64,000 bases of DNA from Candidatus Methanomethylophilaceae archaeon (GCA_050944155.1 JBMNQN010000004.1:38163-102162); one strand, 5' to 3'. Counted from the first letter of the stretch, positions 47,038 through 57,851 are shown. Translations and numbers: made by a program. The notes: generated by a model from the sequence alone, not told the origin.

Positions 47038-48708
47038 TCAGTATTGGCAGCGTCCCCTGACCAGAGCCTGGTTGGGGTCCGCGGGCAGCATGGGGAGTAC
47101 GTCTTCCTCCGCGTCGACGTGAATATCCAGAAGGTACGTTTCTCCGCTGTCTATGGCGGTCTTGAGAGCGTCGGCGACGTCTCCGGGTTTCGTAACCGGC
47201 ATGCCTTTGGCTCCGTATGCTTCGGCTATCTTCGTGAAGTCCGGATCCGCCTTCAGTTCGGTTTCGCTGAACCTTCTGTCCCAGAACAGTTTCTGCCACT
47301 GTCTGACCATACCCAGCCATCCGTTGTTGAGCAGGACGATGACCACCGGAAGGTCTTCCGCAACTGCCGTCGCAAGTTCCTGCTGAACCATCTGCAGACC
47401 TCCGTCCCCGGTAATCGTGACGACGGTGCTGTCCGGTTTCGCGGCCTTCGCCCCTATGGCGGAAGGCAGACCGAAGCCCATGGTTCCGAAACTGCCGGAC
47501 GAAAGGAACTGTCTGGGTTTCTGAATGTGCAGATAGTGCATGGCCCACATCTGGTTCTGTCCAACGTCGGTGGTGATTATCATGTCTTTTCCCGCGTCGA
47601 GGTACTTGTTCAGTTCGAACATGACCTTCTGGGGAACTATCGGAGTGAGATTTATGTCGATTTTACAGGCGCACTGTTTTTTCCTTTCGGCGGCGAAAGA
47701 GCTCCAATCTCTGTGCACTCCGTATCCGGAGAGTCCGTCTATGAGTGCGGCGGTACCCTTTTTGGCGTCGCAGAGAAGGTTGACCGATTTGTTGCTGTGC
47801 TTGTCGAACTCCGTGGAATCGATGTCAATCTGAACGACCCTGCAGTCCTTTCCGAATCTGGAACGGGGGCTGAACGTCCTGTCTGAGAACTTGGTGCCTA
47901 TGGCTATAACCAAATCGGCCTCCTGGAACGTTTCGAGGGCGCACATCCTTCCGTGCATACCCAGAGGTCCCATGTAGAGGGGATGTCCGGCGGGCATGGC
48001 CCCGACCCCCATCAGGGTGGCAACGGCGGGCGCGCCTATCATTTCTGCGAGTTTCGCGACTTCGGCGGAAGCGTTCGCGATGATGGACCCGCCTCCGACG
48101 AGCAGAACGGGTTTCTTTGCTTCCTTAATCCACTTTATTGCGGTTTTCAGACCGGACATGTCTTCCCTGGGTTCTTTGATACCGTAGGAAGCTTTCAGAA
48201 GACTTTCGTCTATTTCGGAATTCATCTGATCCGACGGAAGGTCTATGTGAACGGGTCCGGGACGGCCGCTCTGGCATATCTTCCAGGCCTCGTCCACTGC
48301 GTGGGGCAGCCTGTTGACGTCAAGAACCCTGAAGTTGTGTTTCGTGATGGGCATAAGCAGACTGTAGGCGTCCACTTCCTGGAAAGCTCCGAGACCCAGA
48401 GACCCGGTCCCCACCTGACCGGTGAGGGCAATCATGGGCGACGAGTCGGCGTAAGCCGTTCCTATTCCCGTGATAAGGTTTGTGACTCCGGGACCGCTGG
48501 TGGATATACAGACTCCGGGTTTTCCTATGGCGCGCGCATATCCGTCCGCCATGTGTGCGGCGCACTGCTCGTGGCGTACGAGGACGTGGTTGATTGACGA
48601 ATCCATTATCTCGTCGTATATGGAAATCACACTTCCGCCCGGATATCCGAACATGGTTTCCACACCCCTGTCCTCCAACATCTGAAGCAATGCTCTCTTT
48701 CCTTTCAT
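47038..48708 (-). CDS. ilvB: Acetolactate synthase large subunit
   Basis: FGYPGG, RHEQ, TSGPG, DVGQNQMW, TPP motif GDGG..NN, GMVRQWQ. Confidence 0.97.
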   Translation of the reverse strand: MKGKRALLQMLEDRGVETMFGYPGGSVISIYDEIMDSSINHVLVRHEQCAAHMADGYARAIGKPGVCISTSGPGVTNLITGIGTAYADSSPMIALTGQVGTGSLGLGAFQEVDAYSLLMPITKHNFRVLDVNRLPHAVDEAWKICQSGRPGPVHIDLPSDQMNSEIDESLLKASYGIKEPREDMSGLKTAIKWIKEAKKPVLLVGGGSIIANASAEVAKLAEMIGAPAVATLMGVGAMPAGHPLYMGPLGMHGRMCALETFQEADLVIAIGTKFSDRTFSPRSRFGKDCRVVQIDIDSTEFDKHSNKSVNLLCDAKKGTAALIDGLSGYGVHRDWSSFAAERKKQCACKIDINLTPIVPQKVMFELNKYLDAGKDMIITTDVGQNQMWAMHYLHIQKPRQFLSSGSFGTMGFGLPSAIGAKAAKPDSTVVTITGDGGLQMVQQELATAVAEDLPVVIVLLNNGWLGMVRQWQKLFWDRRFSETELKADPDFTKIAEAYGAKGMPVTKPGDVADALKTAIDSGETYLLDIHVDAEEDVLPMLPADPNQALVRGRCQY

Positions 48709-48863
48709 GGGTATTCTCCGGAGTGCAATATCTTACACGTTTTTTATAATTTTACTCGGTCGGTCGGGAAATTTCCGCGGATACTGCCCGTTTTACCCGC
48801 CTGCCGGCGAAAAGAAGACCCTACCCTACATATTTATCAGTCCTCGCGCGTTATGGTGAGTCA

Positions 48864-49883
48864 ATGGCAAAGGTCAAAGTCGGAATCAACGGATACGGCA
48901 CGATAGGAAAGAGAGTGGCTTCTGCGGTCGCCGAGCAGGAGGATATGGAAGTAGTCGGAGTCACGAAGACCCGGCCGACCTTCGAATCCGAAGTCGCAAG
49001 ATACAGGGGATTCGATCTTTATGTTCCCGAATCCAACGTTCAGGCGTTCGAAAAATCCGGAACTCCGATAGGCGGAACCGTGGAAGACCTGTGCGGGAAA
49101 GTCGACATAATGGTGGATTGTACCCCCGGAAACGTGGGTCAGGAGTACAAAGCGCTGTACCAGAAACACGGCATCAAAGGGATATTCCAGGGAGGGGAGG
49201 AACATGGCCTCACCGGAATTTCATTCAACTCTACGGCAAACTTCAAAGAATCCTGGGGGGCGCAGTTCTCCCGCGTTGTTTCCTGCAATACGACGGGACT
49301 TCTGAGAACACTGTATCCCCTGGACCGCAAATACGGCATAGAAAAGTCCTATGCGACGATAATCAGAAGGGGAGCGGATCCCGGGGACGGCAAGAACGGA
49401 CCGATAAACGGACTCGAACCCTCCGTAAAACTGCCTACCCACCACGGTCCCGACGTGAGAAGCATCATGCCCTGGCTTAAAATAAACACCATGGCGGTGA
49501 AAGCTTCCACGACGCTGATGCATCTTCATGCCGTAACCCTCGAGCTCAAAAGCGACGCGTCCACCGAAGAGGCGGCGGAAACGCTCAGAAACGCCTCCAG
49601 GGTTAGGACAATAAAGAGCTCTTCGGGACTGAAATCCACGGCGGAAGTAATGGAATTGGCCAGGGATTTGGGAAGAGACCGTTCCGACATGTACGAAATC
49701 ATAGTCTGGGAAGACGGAATCAAAGCCGAAGGAAGGAATCTGTACTTCTATCAGGCGGTCCATCAGGAATCCGACGTGGTCCCGGAAAACATAGACTGCA
49801 TCAGATCCATGTGCAAACTCTGCGATGCCGCCGAGTCGGTCAGAAAAACAAACATCGCTCTGGGAATTCCGTACAAAAACTGA
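48864..49883 (+). CDS. gap: Archaeal type II glyceraldehyde-3-phosphate dehydrogenase
   Basis: NGYGTIGKRVA, RVVSCNTTGL, HHGPDV, AVHQESDVVPENID. Confidence 0.97.
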   Translation: MAKVKVGINGYGTIGKRVASAVAEQEDMEVVGVTKTRPTFESEVARYRGFDLYVPESNVQAFEKSGTPIGGTVEDLCGKVDIMVDCTPGNVGQEYKALYQKHGIKGIFQGGEEHGLTGISFNSTANFKESWGAQFSRVVSCNTTGLLRTLYPLDRKYGIEKSYATIIRRGADPGDGKNGPINGLEPSVKLPTHHGPDVRSIMPWLKINTMAVKASTTLMHLHAVTLELKSDASTEEAAETLRNASRVRTIKSSSGLKSTAEVMELARDLGRDRSDMYEIIVWEDGIKAEGRNLYFYQAVHQESDVVPENIDCIRSMCKLCDAAESVRKTNIALGIPYKN

Positions 49884-49893
49884 GGCGAAGACC

Positions 49894-51126
49894 GTGCACG
49901 GGCTCTACACATTGAGCGATTTCGATTTCAGGGGGAAATCGGTTCTGCTCAGAGTGGACATCAACTGTCCTCTCGACAAGGAAACCCTGATTATTTCCAA
50001 CGACTCCAGAATCCGCAGGATCGTTCCCACGGTCAGAGAGCTTGTGGGAAAGAAAGCGAAACTGGTGATTGCGGCGCATCAGGGCAGAAAGGGAAAATGG
50101 GATTTCATACCCATGGAGCAGCACGCCTCCTTCCTGGAGAAAAATCTCAATTCTCCCGTGAAATACGTCAACGACGTGATGGGCGAGGAAGCCAAAAAGG
50201 CCATAAAGGCCCTGAAACCCGGCGAAATCCTCATGCTGGGAAACGTCAGGGAAATAGACGAGGAATCCGTGGAAGCGGATATCGAGACCCATGCGGAATC
50301 GAATCTGGTGAAAGAACTCGCTCCCCTTTTCGATTATTACGTATGCGACGCCTTCGGAGCCGCACACCGTTCCCAGTGTTCCCTGGTAGGATTCGAAGCC
50401 AGAATTCCGTCTGCCACGGGCAGGCTGATGATGAAAGAAATTTTCGCACTCAGTTCGATATTCGACAATCCCCGCCGCCCCTCGGTATTTACGCTGGGAG
50501 GCGCCAAATTCGGAGATATTTCCGTGATGGTCGACCACGTTCTCGGATGCGGAATGGCCGACACCGTTATACTTACGGGACTTGCGGGAAATGCGTTCCT
50601 TTACGCCCGCGGGGTAGATATCGGCGAGGCGAGCATGAACGTTCTCAAGGACGAACTGACGGAAGAAAACATCGCGGCCGCACGCAGAGTCATGGACAGA
50701 TACGGACAGAGGGTTCTGCTTCCCATCGATATTGCCGTATGCAGGGACGGTAAGCGTGTTTCCGTCAACATCGGAGACCTGCCGGTTCCCGAGGCGGCTC
50801 TGGATATCGGAGACGCCAGCGCGGAAAAATTCAGGAAAGTGATAGAGTCGTCGAAAACTTCTTTCATGTCCGGTCCCGCCGGAATGATCGAAAAGGAAGG
50901 ATTCGAAATCGGTACGCGCATGCTTATGTCCGCTATGATCGACAGCAAAGGTCAGTCCGTCATAGGCGGCGGTCACACCGGCGCGGCGGCCGAAAAATTC
51001 GGTTTCTCCGACAGTTTTTCGTATGCGAGCACCGGGGGAGGGGCCCTGGAATCATTCCTTCTGGGTCATCCGCTCCCGGTGGTCGAGGCCCTGAAATATT
51101 CCAGGAAGAAGTTTCCCTCCGAGTGA
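49894..51126 (+). CDS. pgk: Phosphoglycerate kinase
   Basis: LRVDIN.P, AHQGR, DAFGAAHR, LGGAK, GGGHT, STGGGA. Confidence 0.96.
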   Translation: MHGLYTLSDFDFRGKSVLLRVDINCPLDKETLIISNDSRIRRIVPTVRELVGKKAKLVIAAHQGRKGKWDFIPMEQHASFLEKNLNSPVKYVNDVMGEEAKKAIKALKPGEILMLGNVREIDEESVEADIETHAESNLVKELAPLFDYYVCDAFGAAHRSQCSLVGFEARIPSATGRLMMKEIFALSSIFDNPRRPSVFTLGGAKFGDISVMVDHVLGCGMADTVILTGLAGNAFLYARGVDIGEASMNVLKDELTEENIAAARRVMDRYGQRVLLPIDIAVCRDGKRVSVNIGDLPVPEAALDIGDASAEKFRKVIESSKTSFMSGPAGMIEKEGFEIGTRMLMSAMIDSKGQSVIGGGHTGAAAEKFGFSDSFSYASTGGGALESFLLGHPLPVVEALKYSRKKFPSE

Positions 51127-52281
51127 TTAGAGGTTTCCGTCAAGTCTCTCGAAAGCCTGTTTTATGCGCTCGAGGGGCTGCGTCGCAGCCATTCTGGCAT
51201 ATCTGTCTACGGACTTTCCGAAACCGGAACCCGGAGTTACCAGAACTCCCAGGTTGATTAGTTTTTCCGTGAACTCCATGGAGGGCATTCCGCAGTCGAA
51301 CCAGACGTAGAATGTTCCTCTGGGCATCTTCACGTCGAATCCCAGTTTTCTGAGACCTTCCACTATGGCCTTTCTTCTCTCGGAATAAACTTTCATGTTT
51401 TCTTCCACGGCCTTGGGTACGGAACCGTCTTCGCCGTAAAGACTCAGAGCCTTTATTCCTCCTTTCTGAACGAAAATCGGAGCTCCGGAATCGACCTGTC
51501 CTTTGCATTTCTTGAGTCCGGCCACCAAATCGGGATGCCCTACGGCGTATCCCAGTCTGTATCCGGTCATGTTGAAAGTTTTGGAAAACGAACCGAATTC
51601 GATTGCGTTTTCGGTCGCCTGCAATACGGAGGGCGCGCGGTATCCGTCATAGCACATTTCGCAGTATGCATTGTCATATGCCAGTATGGTTCCGTTTTTG
51701 TCCGTCCACTCCGCGACGTCTTTGAGGTAGTTCAGGTCGCAGGTCGCTCCGGTGGGGTTGTTGGGATAGTTCAGATAAAGCATTTTTGCTTTCTCGGGAC
51801 AGTCGTTAACATCCAAGAGCCAGTCGTTCTCCGGTCTGAGTTTCACTTCGGCGTGGCGGGCATCGTTGAAAAGAGTGGCCGCTCCCGAATAGACGGGGTA
51901 TCCCGGACTCGGCGAGATTATGGTTTCTCCGGGGTTGACGAACGCCTGCGATATGTTGAAAATCGCTTCTTTGGAACCTATGGTTACGCATACCTGGGTC
52001 TTGGGATCCACGTCGACATTGTATCTCTTTTTGTACCATGCCGCGATGGCTTCCCGCAGGTCTTTTTCTCCCTGCGACGAAGAGTACTTCTGGTTACGGT
52101 TTACGGCCATGGATTCCTGTATGGCTTCGACTATGGGTGCGGGAGTGGGGAGGTCGGGGTCGCCTATGCCGAAATCGATGATGTCCTCGCCCTCTTCTTT
52201 CTTTTTGGCGGTCAGTTCTTCCAGTCTCACGAAGATGTAAGGCGGAAGTTTCTGAAGCCTCTCTGCTTGTTCGTAATGCAT
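51127..52281 (-). CDS. dapL: LL-diaminopimelate aminotransferase (class I/II PLP enzyme)
   Basis: GIGDPD, IGSKE, LNYPNNPTG, DNAY, SFSKTFNMTGYRLG; located in the dap/lys operon. Confidence 0.9.
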   Translation of the reverse strand: MHYEQAERLQKLPPYIFVRLEELTAKKKEEGEDIIDFGIGDPDLPTPAPIVEAIQESMAVNRNQKYSSSQGEKDLREAIAAWYKKRYNVDVDPKTQVCVTIGSKEAIFNISQAFVNPGETIISPSPGYPVYSGAATLFNDARHAEVKLRPENDWLLDVNDCPEKAKMLYLNYPNNPTGATCDLNYLKDVAEWTDKNGTILAYDNAYCEMCYDGYRAPSVLQATENAIEFGSFSKTFNMTGYRLGYAVGHPDLVAGLKKCKGQVDSGAPIFVQKGGIKALSLYGEDGSVPKAVEENMKVYSERRKAIVEGLRKLGFDVKMPRGTFYVWFDCGMPSMEFTEKLINLGVLVTPGSGFGKSVDRYARMAATQPLERIKQAFERLDGNL

Positions 52282-52282
52282 A

Positions 52283-53110
52283 TCAGATTTCTCCTTTGAA
52301 TACCAGTTCTGCCGGTCCCTCGAGTATAATGCAGTCCATATCCCTCATCACCGTGACGTTCAGAGTTCCTCCGGGAAGATGCACTTTCACGGGTTCGTCG
52401 TAGGGAGCCAGGCCCATAAGTGCGGCGGTTACCGCCGAGGCGCATGCTCCGGTTCCGCAGGCGAGAGTCCATCCCGCCCCGCGTTCGTAAACCCTGACGT
52501 AAATCTCCCCGTCCTCTATTCTGCAGAATTCCACGTTGGTTTTGTTCGGGAAAAACGCGTTGCTTTCCAGCTCGGGTCCAAGCCTGTCTATCTTCTCGTC
52601 CGAAAGTTCGGTGAAGGTTACGAAATGGGGATTTCCCATGGATACCGTGGTACCTCTGAGTCTGAGGCTTCCCGCCATGAACGTCTGATCGACGAATCTT
52701 CCGTCGTGGTTTATGGGTATGGATCTTCCGTTGAGAATCGGTGCACCCATGTCCACCGCGACTGTGGAAACCTTTCCGTCGTCGCCGAGAGTGACCTTTG
52801 CTTCTTTGTCTCCTCCCGCGGTGTGTATGCTGAACCGTTTTTCCTTGACGAGACCGGAATCGTAAGCGTGTTTGGCGACGCATCTGATTCCGTTACCGCA
52901 CATTTCCGCTTCGGAACCGTCGGGGTTGATTACGCGCATCGTAATGTCGGTGTTCTCTCCCGGCATTATGTACAGCACTCCGTCGGCGCCTATGCCGAAG
53001 TTGCGTCTGCACATTTTTTTGCACCATTCCGTATCCACCGCCACGTCTCCGGCGGTTCCGTCGATAACTATGAAATCGTTTCCTATTCCGTGATATTTCC
53101 AGAATCTCAT
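52283..53110 (-). CDS. dapF: Diaminopimelate epimerase
   Basis: KYHGIGNDF, EMCGNGIRC, SMGNPH, ERGAG.TLACGTG. Confidence 0.97.
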   Translation of the reverse strand: MRFWKYHGIGNDFIVIDGTAGDVAVDTEWCKKMCRRNFGIGADGVLYIMPGENTDITMRVINPDGSEAEMCGNGIRCVAKHAYDSGLVKEKRFSIHTAGGDKEAKVTLGDDGKVSTVAVDMGAPILNGRSIPINHDGRFVDQTFMAGSLRLRGTTVSMGNPHFVTFTELSDEKIDRLGPELESNAFFPNKTNVEFCRIEDGEIYVRVYERGAGWTLACGTGACASAVTAALMGLAPYDEPVKVHLPGGTLNVTVMRDMDCIILEGPAELVFKGEI

Positions 53111-54363
53111 TGCAGCAGCCTCTCGGGAATTTTCTGGTTTTTCCAGAGGTCTTCGACGGTCTGAGCCTCTCTTATGATTTCGGCTTTTCCGTCGCACACG
53201 AGTACTTCCCTGCAGAAGGGCCGGGTGTTGTAATTGCTGCTCATGGAGAAGCCGTAGGCACCGGCGTCGTATATGGCAAGCACATCTCCCTCTTCGGGGT
53301 TGGGAAGAACGCGTTCGCGGGCCAGAAAGTCTCCGGATTCGCATATGGATCCGACGACGTTGTATCTGGATGTGCAGGCTTTTCCGAATTTGTCGGCAAT
53401 CGCTACGTGATGGTAGGAGTCGTACATTGCGGGGCGTACGAGATTGTTCATTCCTGCGTCGACGCCGACGTATTTTTTGATGCCCGCGTCTTTGACCTCT
53501 ATGCATCTGGTCAGAAGTATCGTAGTGTCCGCGGCGATGTATCTTCCGGGCTCGATATACAGCGTTCCGACATTGCTTTCCTCTTTTATTATGTCGGAAA
53601 TCTCTATTGCCAGTTCCTTAACGTCGAGAACTTCTTCGTTCATCTTGTACGGTACGCCGTACCCTCCGCCGATGTCTATGAAATCCAGAGGGATACCGGT
53701 CTCTTCCAGTTTGTTCGCGATTTTGACTAGAACGTCGGTCACCTCTATGAAAGGTTCTACGGACTGTCCGCCGGATCCCGTGTGGGCGTGAAGACCGCGG
53801 GGAACGAACCCGAGTTCTTTCGCTCTGGAATACGCTTTCAGTATCCTTTCTTCGGGAATTCCGAATTTGGAACCTTTTTTGCCAGTTACCACTTTGTCGC
53901 AGTGTCCGGAACCCACGCCCGGCGTAACCCTTATGGAAATTTCGGCTCCGGGGTTTATTTTTGCAAGCCTTTCCATCTCGGATTCCGAGTCGATGTTAAT
54001 CATGACTCCCAGGTCGGAAACGGCCTTGAGCTCCGCGTTGCTTACGTTGACTCCCGTGTAAAGAATGCGGTCGGCGGTAAATCCCGCTTTCAGGCAGCTT
54101 CTGACCTCTCCCACGGAAACGGCGTCTATGCAGGAACCTTCCTGTTCCAGTACTTTCAGAATCGCAAGATTGGTGTTTGCTTTACAGGCATAATGGACCT
54201 GAGTGGGAATCTCTTCGGAAAAAGCGTTGTAAATCCTTCTGTAGTTGTCTCTGAGCCGCCTCTCGTCTGTAGCGAAGACGGGGGTTCCGAATTCGTCGGC
54301 GATATCGGATGCGTACATACCGGCAAAAATCATTCTGCCGTCTTTCGATTCGTAATCTTCCAT
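53107..54363 (-). CDS. lysA: Diaminopimelate decarboxylase
   Basis: YACKAN, SKFG, DIGGG, EPGR, RPAMY, ICESGD, AGAYG..MSSNYN. Confidence 0.97.
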   Translation of the reverse strand: MEDYESKDGRMIFAGMYASDIADEFGTPVFATDERRLRDNYRRIYNAFSEEIPTQVHYACKANTNLAILKVLEQEGSCIDAVSVGEVRSCLKAGFTADRILYTGVNVSNAELKAVSDLGVMINIDSESEMERLAKINPGAEISIRVTPGVGSGHCDKVVTGKKGSKFGIPEERILKAYSRAKELGFVPRGLHAHTGSGGQSVEPFIEVTDVLVKIANKLEETGIPLDFIDIGGGYGVPYKMNEEVLDVKELAIEISDIIKEESNVGTLYIEPGRYIAADTTILLTRCIEVKDAGIKKYVGVDAGMNNLVRPAMYDSYHHVAIADKFGKACTSRYNVVGSICESGDFLARERVLPNPEEGDVLAIYDAGAYGFSMSSNYNTRPFCREVLVCDGKAEIIREAQTVEDLWKNQKIPERLLQ

Positions 54364-55712
54364 CAGTCATTCCTCACGAACTGTTCGTGCAGCGCTTTTA
54401 TCGTGCCGACCACCATCTCCATGGGCACGACAAAGTTCAGAGACGAATCGGAAGCGCCTTCGGAAATCATTTCCACGTTGGTTCCTACCTGTTTCACCAC
54501 GGAAAATATGTCTCCGGACACGCCGCACTTATCCAACAGATCGTCCCCGACGCAGCACACAAGAGCCACGTCGCTTTTAACGTTTATCTTCTCTATGTCG
54601 TTCTTGGACAGAGAGTTCAGACGGTTCAGAACCTCCTGCACGTCGTTGTTGTGGACCAGGAACGCAACAGTGGACAGGGAGGTCGAAATCGAGTAGATTA
54701 TGACGTTGTTTTCCGCTATGGTTTCGATTATCCTGGCAACCATGGCCGGCCTGTAAGCTATCTCGGCGGAACTTATGGTGAGAATCGACAGATCCGTTTT
54801 GGCGACGACGCTCATCAGCAGGTCGTCCTTCGGTCCCCTGAGGTGATGTATCAGAGTTCCGGGATGTTTCGGGTCGAAGGAGTTTTTGACTCTTACCGGA
54901 ATGTGTTTCTGGCGTACCGGTTCGATGGTGCGCGGGTGCAGAATCTTCGCTCCGAAGTACGCGAGTTCGGCGGCTTCGCCGTAATTCATCTCTCCGATGG
55001 AAATCGCGTCCGGGACTATACGGGGGTCGGCGGACATGAAACCGTTCACGTCGGTCCATATCTGCAGTTCGTCCGCGCCGAGGGCGTTGGCAACCACCGC
55101 GGCCGAATAGTCGGATCCCCCCCTTCCGAATGTGAGGGGACGTCCCTTTTCGTTCATGCCGTAGAATCCCGTGATTACGGGAACGGTATCGGCAAGCATG
55201 GGTTTCACTTTCATGTTCATTTCCGCTCCCGTGCGGCGCAGATCGGCGTATCCGCTGAGGGGATTTCCCGCCGCAATTATTCCCGCGGCGGCCGCTGTCA
55301 GGGCTACGGATTTTTCTCCCTTGGACCTCAGAACGTAAGAAAGCAGAAGGGAAGAGAAACGTTCTCCCGAAGAGGTTATGGCATCCATGTAGAAGGGGTC
55401 GCTGCGGTCTCCGCTCAGGGCTTTGCCGAAGCTGACCATTTTTTCTTCGAAATCCTTCTCGAATTCGGACAGCAGTTCCCCGTCCAGCACTTTTTCTGCG
55501 ACGGCAAGATGCTTTTCCCTCAGCGTGTTTATGACGTCGTCGCAGCTGCACTCCTCGTGTTCGGCGGCTTCGACAAGGAAGTTGGTCACTCCCGACATGG
55601 CCGAAACCACGACGGCTTTGCATCCTTCCGTGGACACTATGATGTCGGCCACCCTTTCCAGGCCTTCCGGGGTTCCCACGCTGGAACCTCCGAATTTCAT
55701 AACTGTCAGCAT
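54363..55712 (-). CDS. lysC: Aspartate kinase
   Basis: VMKFGGSSV, VVSAM, GRGGSDYSA, IWTDV, ADPR, two ACT domains. Confidence 0.96.
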   Translation of the reverse strand: MLTVMKFGGSSVGTPEGLERVADIIVSTEGCKAVVVSAMSGVTNFLVEAAEHEECSCDDVINTLREKHLAVAEKVLDGELLSEFEKDFEEKMVSFGKALSGDRSDPFYMDAITSSGERFSSLLLSYVLRSKGEKSVALTAAAAGIIAAGNPLSGYADLRRTGAEMNMKVKPMLADTVPVITGFYGMNEKGRPLTFGRGGSDYSAAVVANALGADELQIWTDVNGFMSADPRIVPDAISIGEMNYGEAAELAYFGAKILHPRTIEPVRQKHIPVRVKNSFDPKHPGTLIHHLRGPKDDLLMSVVAKTDLSILTISSAEIAYRPAMVARIIETIAENNVIIYSISTSLSTVAFLVHNNDVQEVLNRLNSLSKNDIEKINVKSDVALVCCVGDDLLDKCGVSGDIFSVVKQVGTNVEMISEGASDSSLNFVVPMEMVVGTIKALHEQFVRND

Positions 55713-55792
55713 ACGGCGGAAACCTCCCTGCCGTGTATTTCTTCATTTAAAAAGTACGGTATCGTTTTCGTAAATGCGTTCATTCTATCGCC

Positions 55793-56662
55793 TCAGAGAC
55801 CCAGTGCTTCGAGAACCGCATCTACGGCGGCGGTTTTTTCTGCGCTCAGCGGAGTCAGGGGAAGACGGGGAATTCCGTTTCCGAATCCGATTCTGTGCAT
55901 TACGTACTTTATCGGAATGGGGTTGGATTCCGTGAACAGAATCTCCAAAAGAGGGAGCAGTTTTCTGTTTATCTCCCGTGCTTCCGCGATTTTTCCGTCC
56001 CTCATGCAATGTACCATTCTGCTCATAAGATCCGGGCAGCAGTTTCCTGCGACGGATATGACTCCGTCCCCTCCCAGGCACATCAGGGGCACGGTAAGGG
56101 AATCGTCTCCGCTCAGGACTTCGAAACCTTTCGGCTTTCCCGCGATGATTTTCTGGATCTGCATCATGTTGCCGCTCGCTTCCTTGACCGCGCATATTCC
56201 GGGTATTTCGGCCATGCGCAGCATGGTGTCGGCGGTTATGTTGGAAGCCGTCCTTCCGGGAACGTTATAGACGACCACGGGAATGTCCACGGCTTCGGCT
56301 ATGGCTTTGTAATGAAGGTAGATTCCTTCCTGAGTGGGTTTGTTGTAATACGGCGAAATCGAAAGTATGCCGTCCGCACCCAGGTCTTCGGCGTGCTTGC
56401 TGAATTCTATGGCTTCTTTGGTGGAGTTGCTTCCGGCTCCCGCGAGAACCTTTGCCTTTTTTGCCTGGTCCACTGCTATTTCTATGACTTTTACGTGTTC
56501 TTCCGGACCCAGAGTGGCCGACTCTCCGGTGGAACCGCAGGGAACCAGCACGTCCACTCCGTTTTCTTCCTGGAAACTTATCAGTCTTCTGAAAGCCTCT
56601 TCGTCGACGGATCCGTCTTCTCCGAAGGGAGTTATCAGCGCCGTTGCCATGCCCGCGAACAT
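55793..56662 (-). CDS. dapA: 4-hydroxy-tetrahydrodipicolinate synthase
   Basis: ALITPF, GSTGES, PYYNKP, YNVPGRT, VKEASG, NPIPIK. Confidence 0.98.
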   Translation of the reverse strand: MFAGMATALITPFGEDGSVDEEAFRRLISFQEENGVDVLVPCGSTGESATLGPEEHVKVIEIAVDQAKKAKVLAGAGSNSTKEAIEFSKHAEDLGADGILSISPYYNKPTQEGIYLHYKAIAEAVDIPVVVYNVPGRTASNITADTMLRMAEIPGICAVKEASGNMMQIQKIIAGKPKGFEVLSGDDSLTVPLMCLGGDGVISVAGNCCPDLMSRMVHCMRDGKIAEAREINRKLLPLLEILFTESNPIPIKYVMHRIGFGNGIPRLPLTPLSAEKTAAVDAVLEALGL

Positions 56663-57085
56663 TCAGGCGCCTCCGAAGTGTTCTTTGAGAATGAGTCTCG
56701 TCCTCGTTCCCAGCGTGTTGTCGTATCTGCGCATTTTTTCTATTATGTCGTTAAGCTGAGGGGAGGACTCCACGTCGATTATCGCGATTATGTCCTGATC
56801 TCCGGTGACTTCGAAAACTTCGGTGACGCCGTCGTAGGACGCAAGCTCCTTTGCGATTTTTTCCGTGTCGGTGTTGACGCTTATGCGTATCTCCACGAGC
56901 GCCTTCACGTTTCTGGAACTTGTTTTTATGGTGAATCCCCGGATGATCCCTTCTTCGGTCATCCTGTGGACTCTGCTTCTCACGGTCCCTTCGGAAACCC
57001 CCAGCTGACTGGCTATTTCCACAAAAGGACACCTGGAATCTTTTTTGAGTATCTCTATGATGCGTTTGTCAAGATTGTCAATCAT
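56663..57085 (-). CDS. Lrp/AsnC family transcriptional regulator heading the lysine operon
   Basis: HTH EIASQLGVSEGTVRSRV; effector-domain motif EVTGDQD. Confidence 0.95.
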   Translation of the reverse strand: MIDNLDKRIIEILKKDSRCPFVEIASQLGVSEGTVRSRVHRMTEEGIIRGFTIKTSSRNVKALVEIRISVNTDTEKIAKELASYDGVTEVFEVTGDQDIIAIIDVESSPQLNDIIEKMRRYDNTLGTRTRLILKEHFGGA

Positions 57086-57191
57086 ATCCGCGGGCCTCTT
57101 TTTTGCAGAATTCGTAATGTGTTTGCGGGAAACATAATTTAACTATATAAACAGTCGGAAAACGTAGGGCAGGTAACGAAAAACAGAAAAA

Positions 57192-57851
57192 TCAGACGTC
57201 GGTTATGCCCTTGTCGCTTATGCGGTACGAGGCTCCGCGGCCCTCGGGCAGACTGCGGTGTTTCACGATTACGGCGGTTCTGACGCCGTTCCCTCTGGGT
57301 TCGAGTCTCATGATGGTTTTCGCGTTGTGCCTGAGGGTATGTCCCCCCAGAAATTCGATTCCTCCGCTGAAAACGTTGGAATAGACCTGCGACGTGACGA
57401 TAACGGGAACGTCGTATTTTCTGGCGGTTCCCGTAAGCATTTCGGTCTGTCTTATGAAGTCGTTTCTGGAAATCGGGTCGTCGTGTATCAGTCTGTAATA
57501 ACTCGTCAGGGAATCCACGACTATGAGGCCGATTGCTCCTCTGGCTTCCGCCAGGCGGACGGCTTTGGAAATGCGGTCGCTCTGCTCTTCGAAACTGTGT
57601 ACCTGGAAAACCAGAAGGTCTTTGAGAGGGTCTTCTCCGTCGAAAACCTGGGAAACCCTGTCGTAAGAAATACCCTCGGTATCTATGAACGCCACTTTTT
57701 TGCCTTCTCTGATAACGTTGCGGGCCATCTGAAGACAGATGTTGGTTTTGCCCGTTCCGGCTTCTCCGTAAAAAAGAGTGAGGCTTCCGGACTCGATTCC
57801 TCCTCCCAGGAGTTCGTCGAAAGCCCGGCATCCCAACGGTACGCGGTTCAC
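57192..57851 (-). CDS. radB: DNA repair protein RadB
   Basis: Walker A GEAGTGKT, IDTEG, VVDS, C-terminal KHR motif, no N-terminal domain. Confidence 0.94.
   Translation of the reverse strand: MNRVPLGCRAFDELLGGGIESGSLTLFYGEAGTGKTNICLQMARNVIREGKKVAFIDTEGISYDRVSQVFDGEDPLKDLLVFQVHSFEEQSDRISKAVRLAEARGAIGLIVVDSLTSYYRLIHDDPISRNDFIRQTEMLTGTARKYDVPVIVTSQVYSNVFSGGIEFLGGHTLRHNAKTIMRLEPRGNGVRTAVIVKHRSLPEGRGASYRISDKGITDV

Noticed and set aside
46141-56270. Long plus-strand ORFs (581 aa at 46141, 653 aa at 54309 and others)
   Set aside because: Antisense to clear ilv and lys genes, with atypical composition and no motifs
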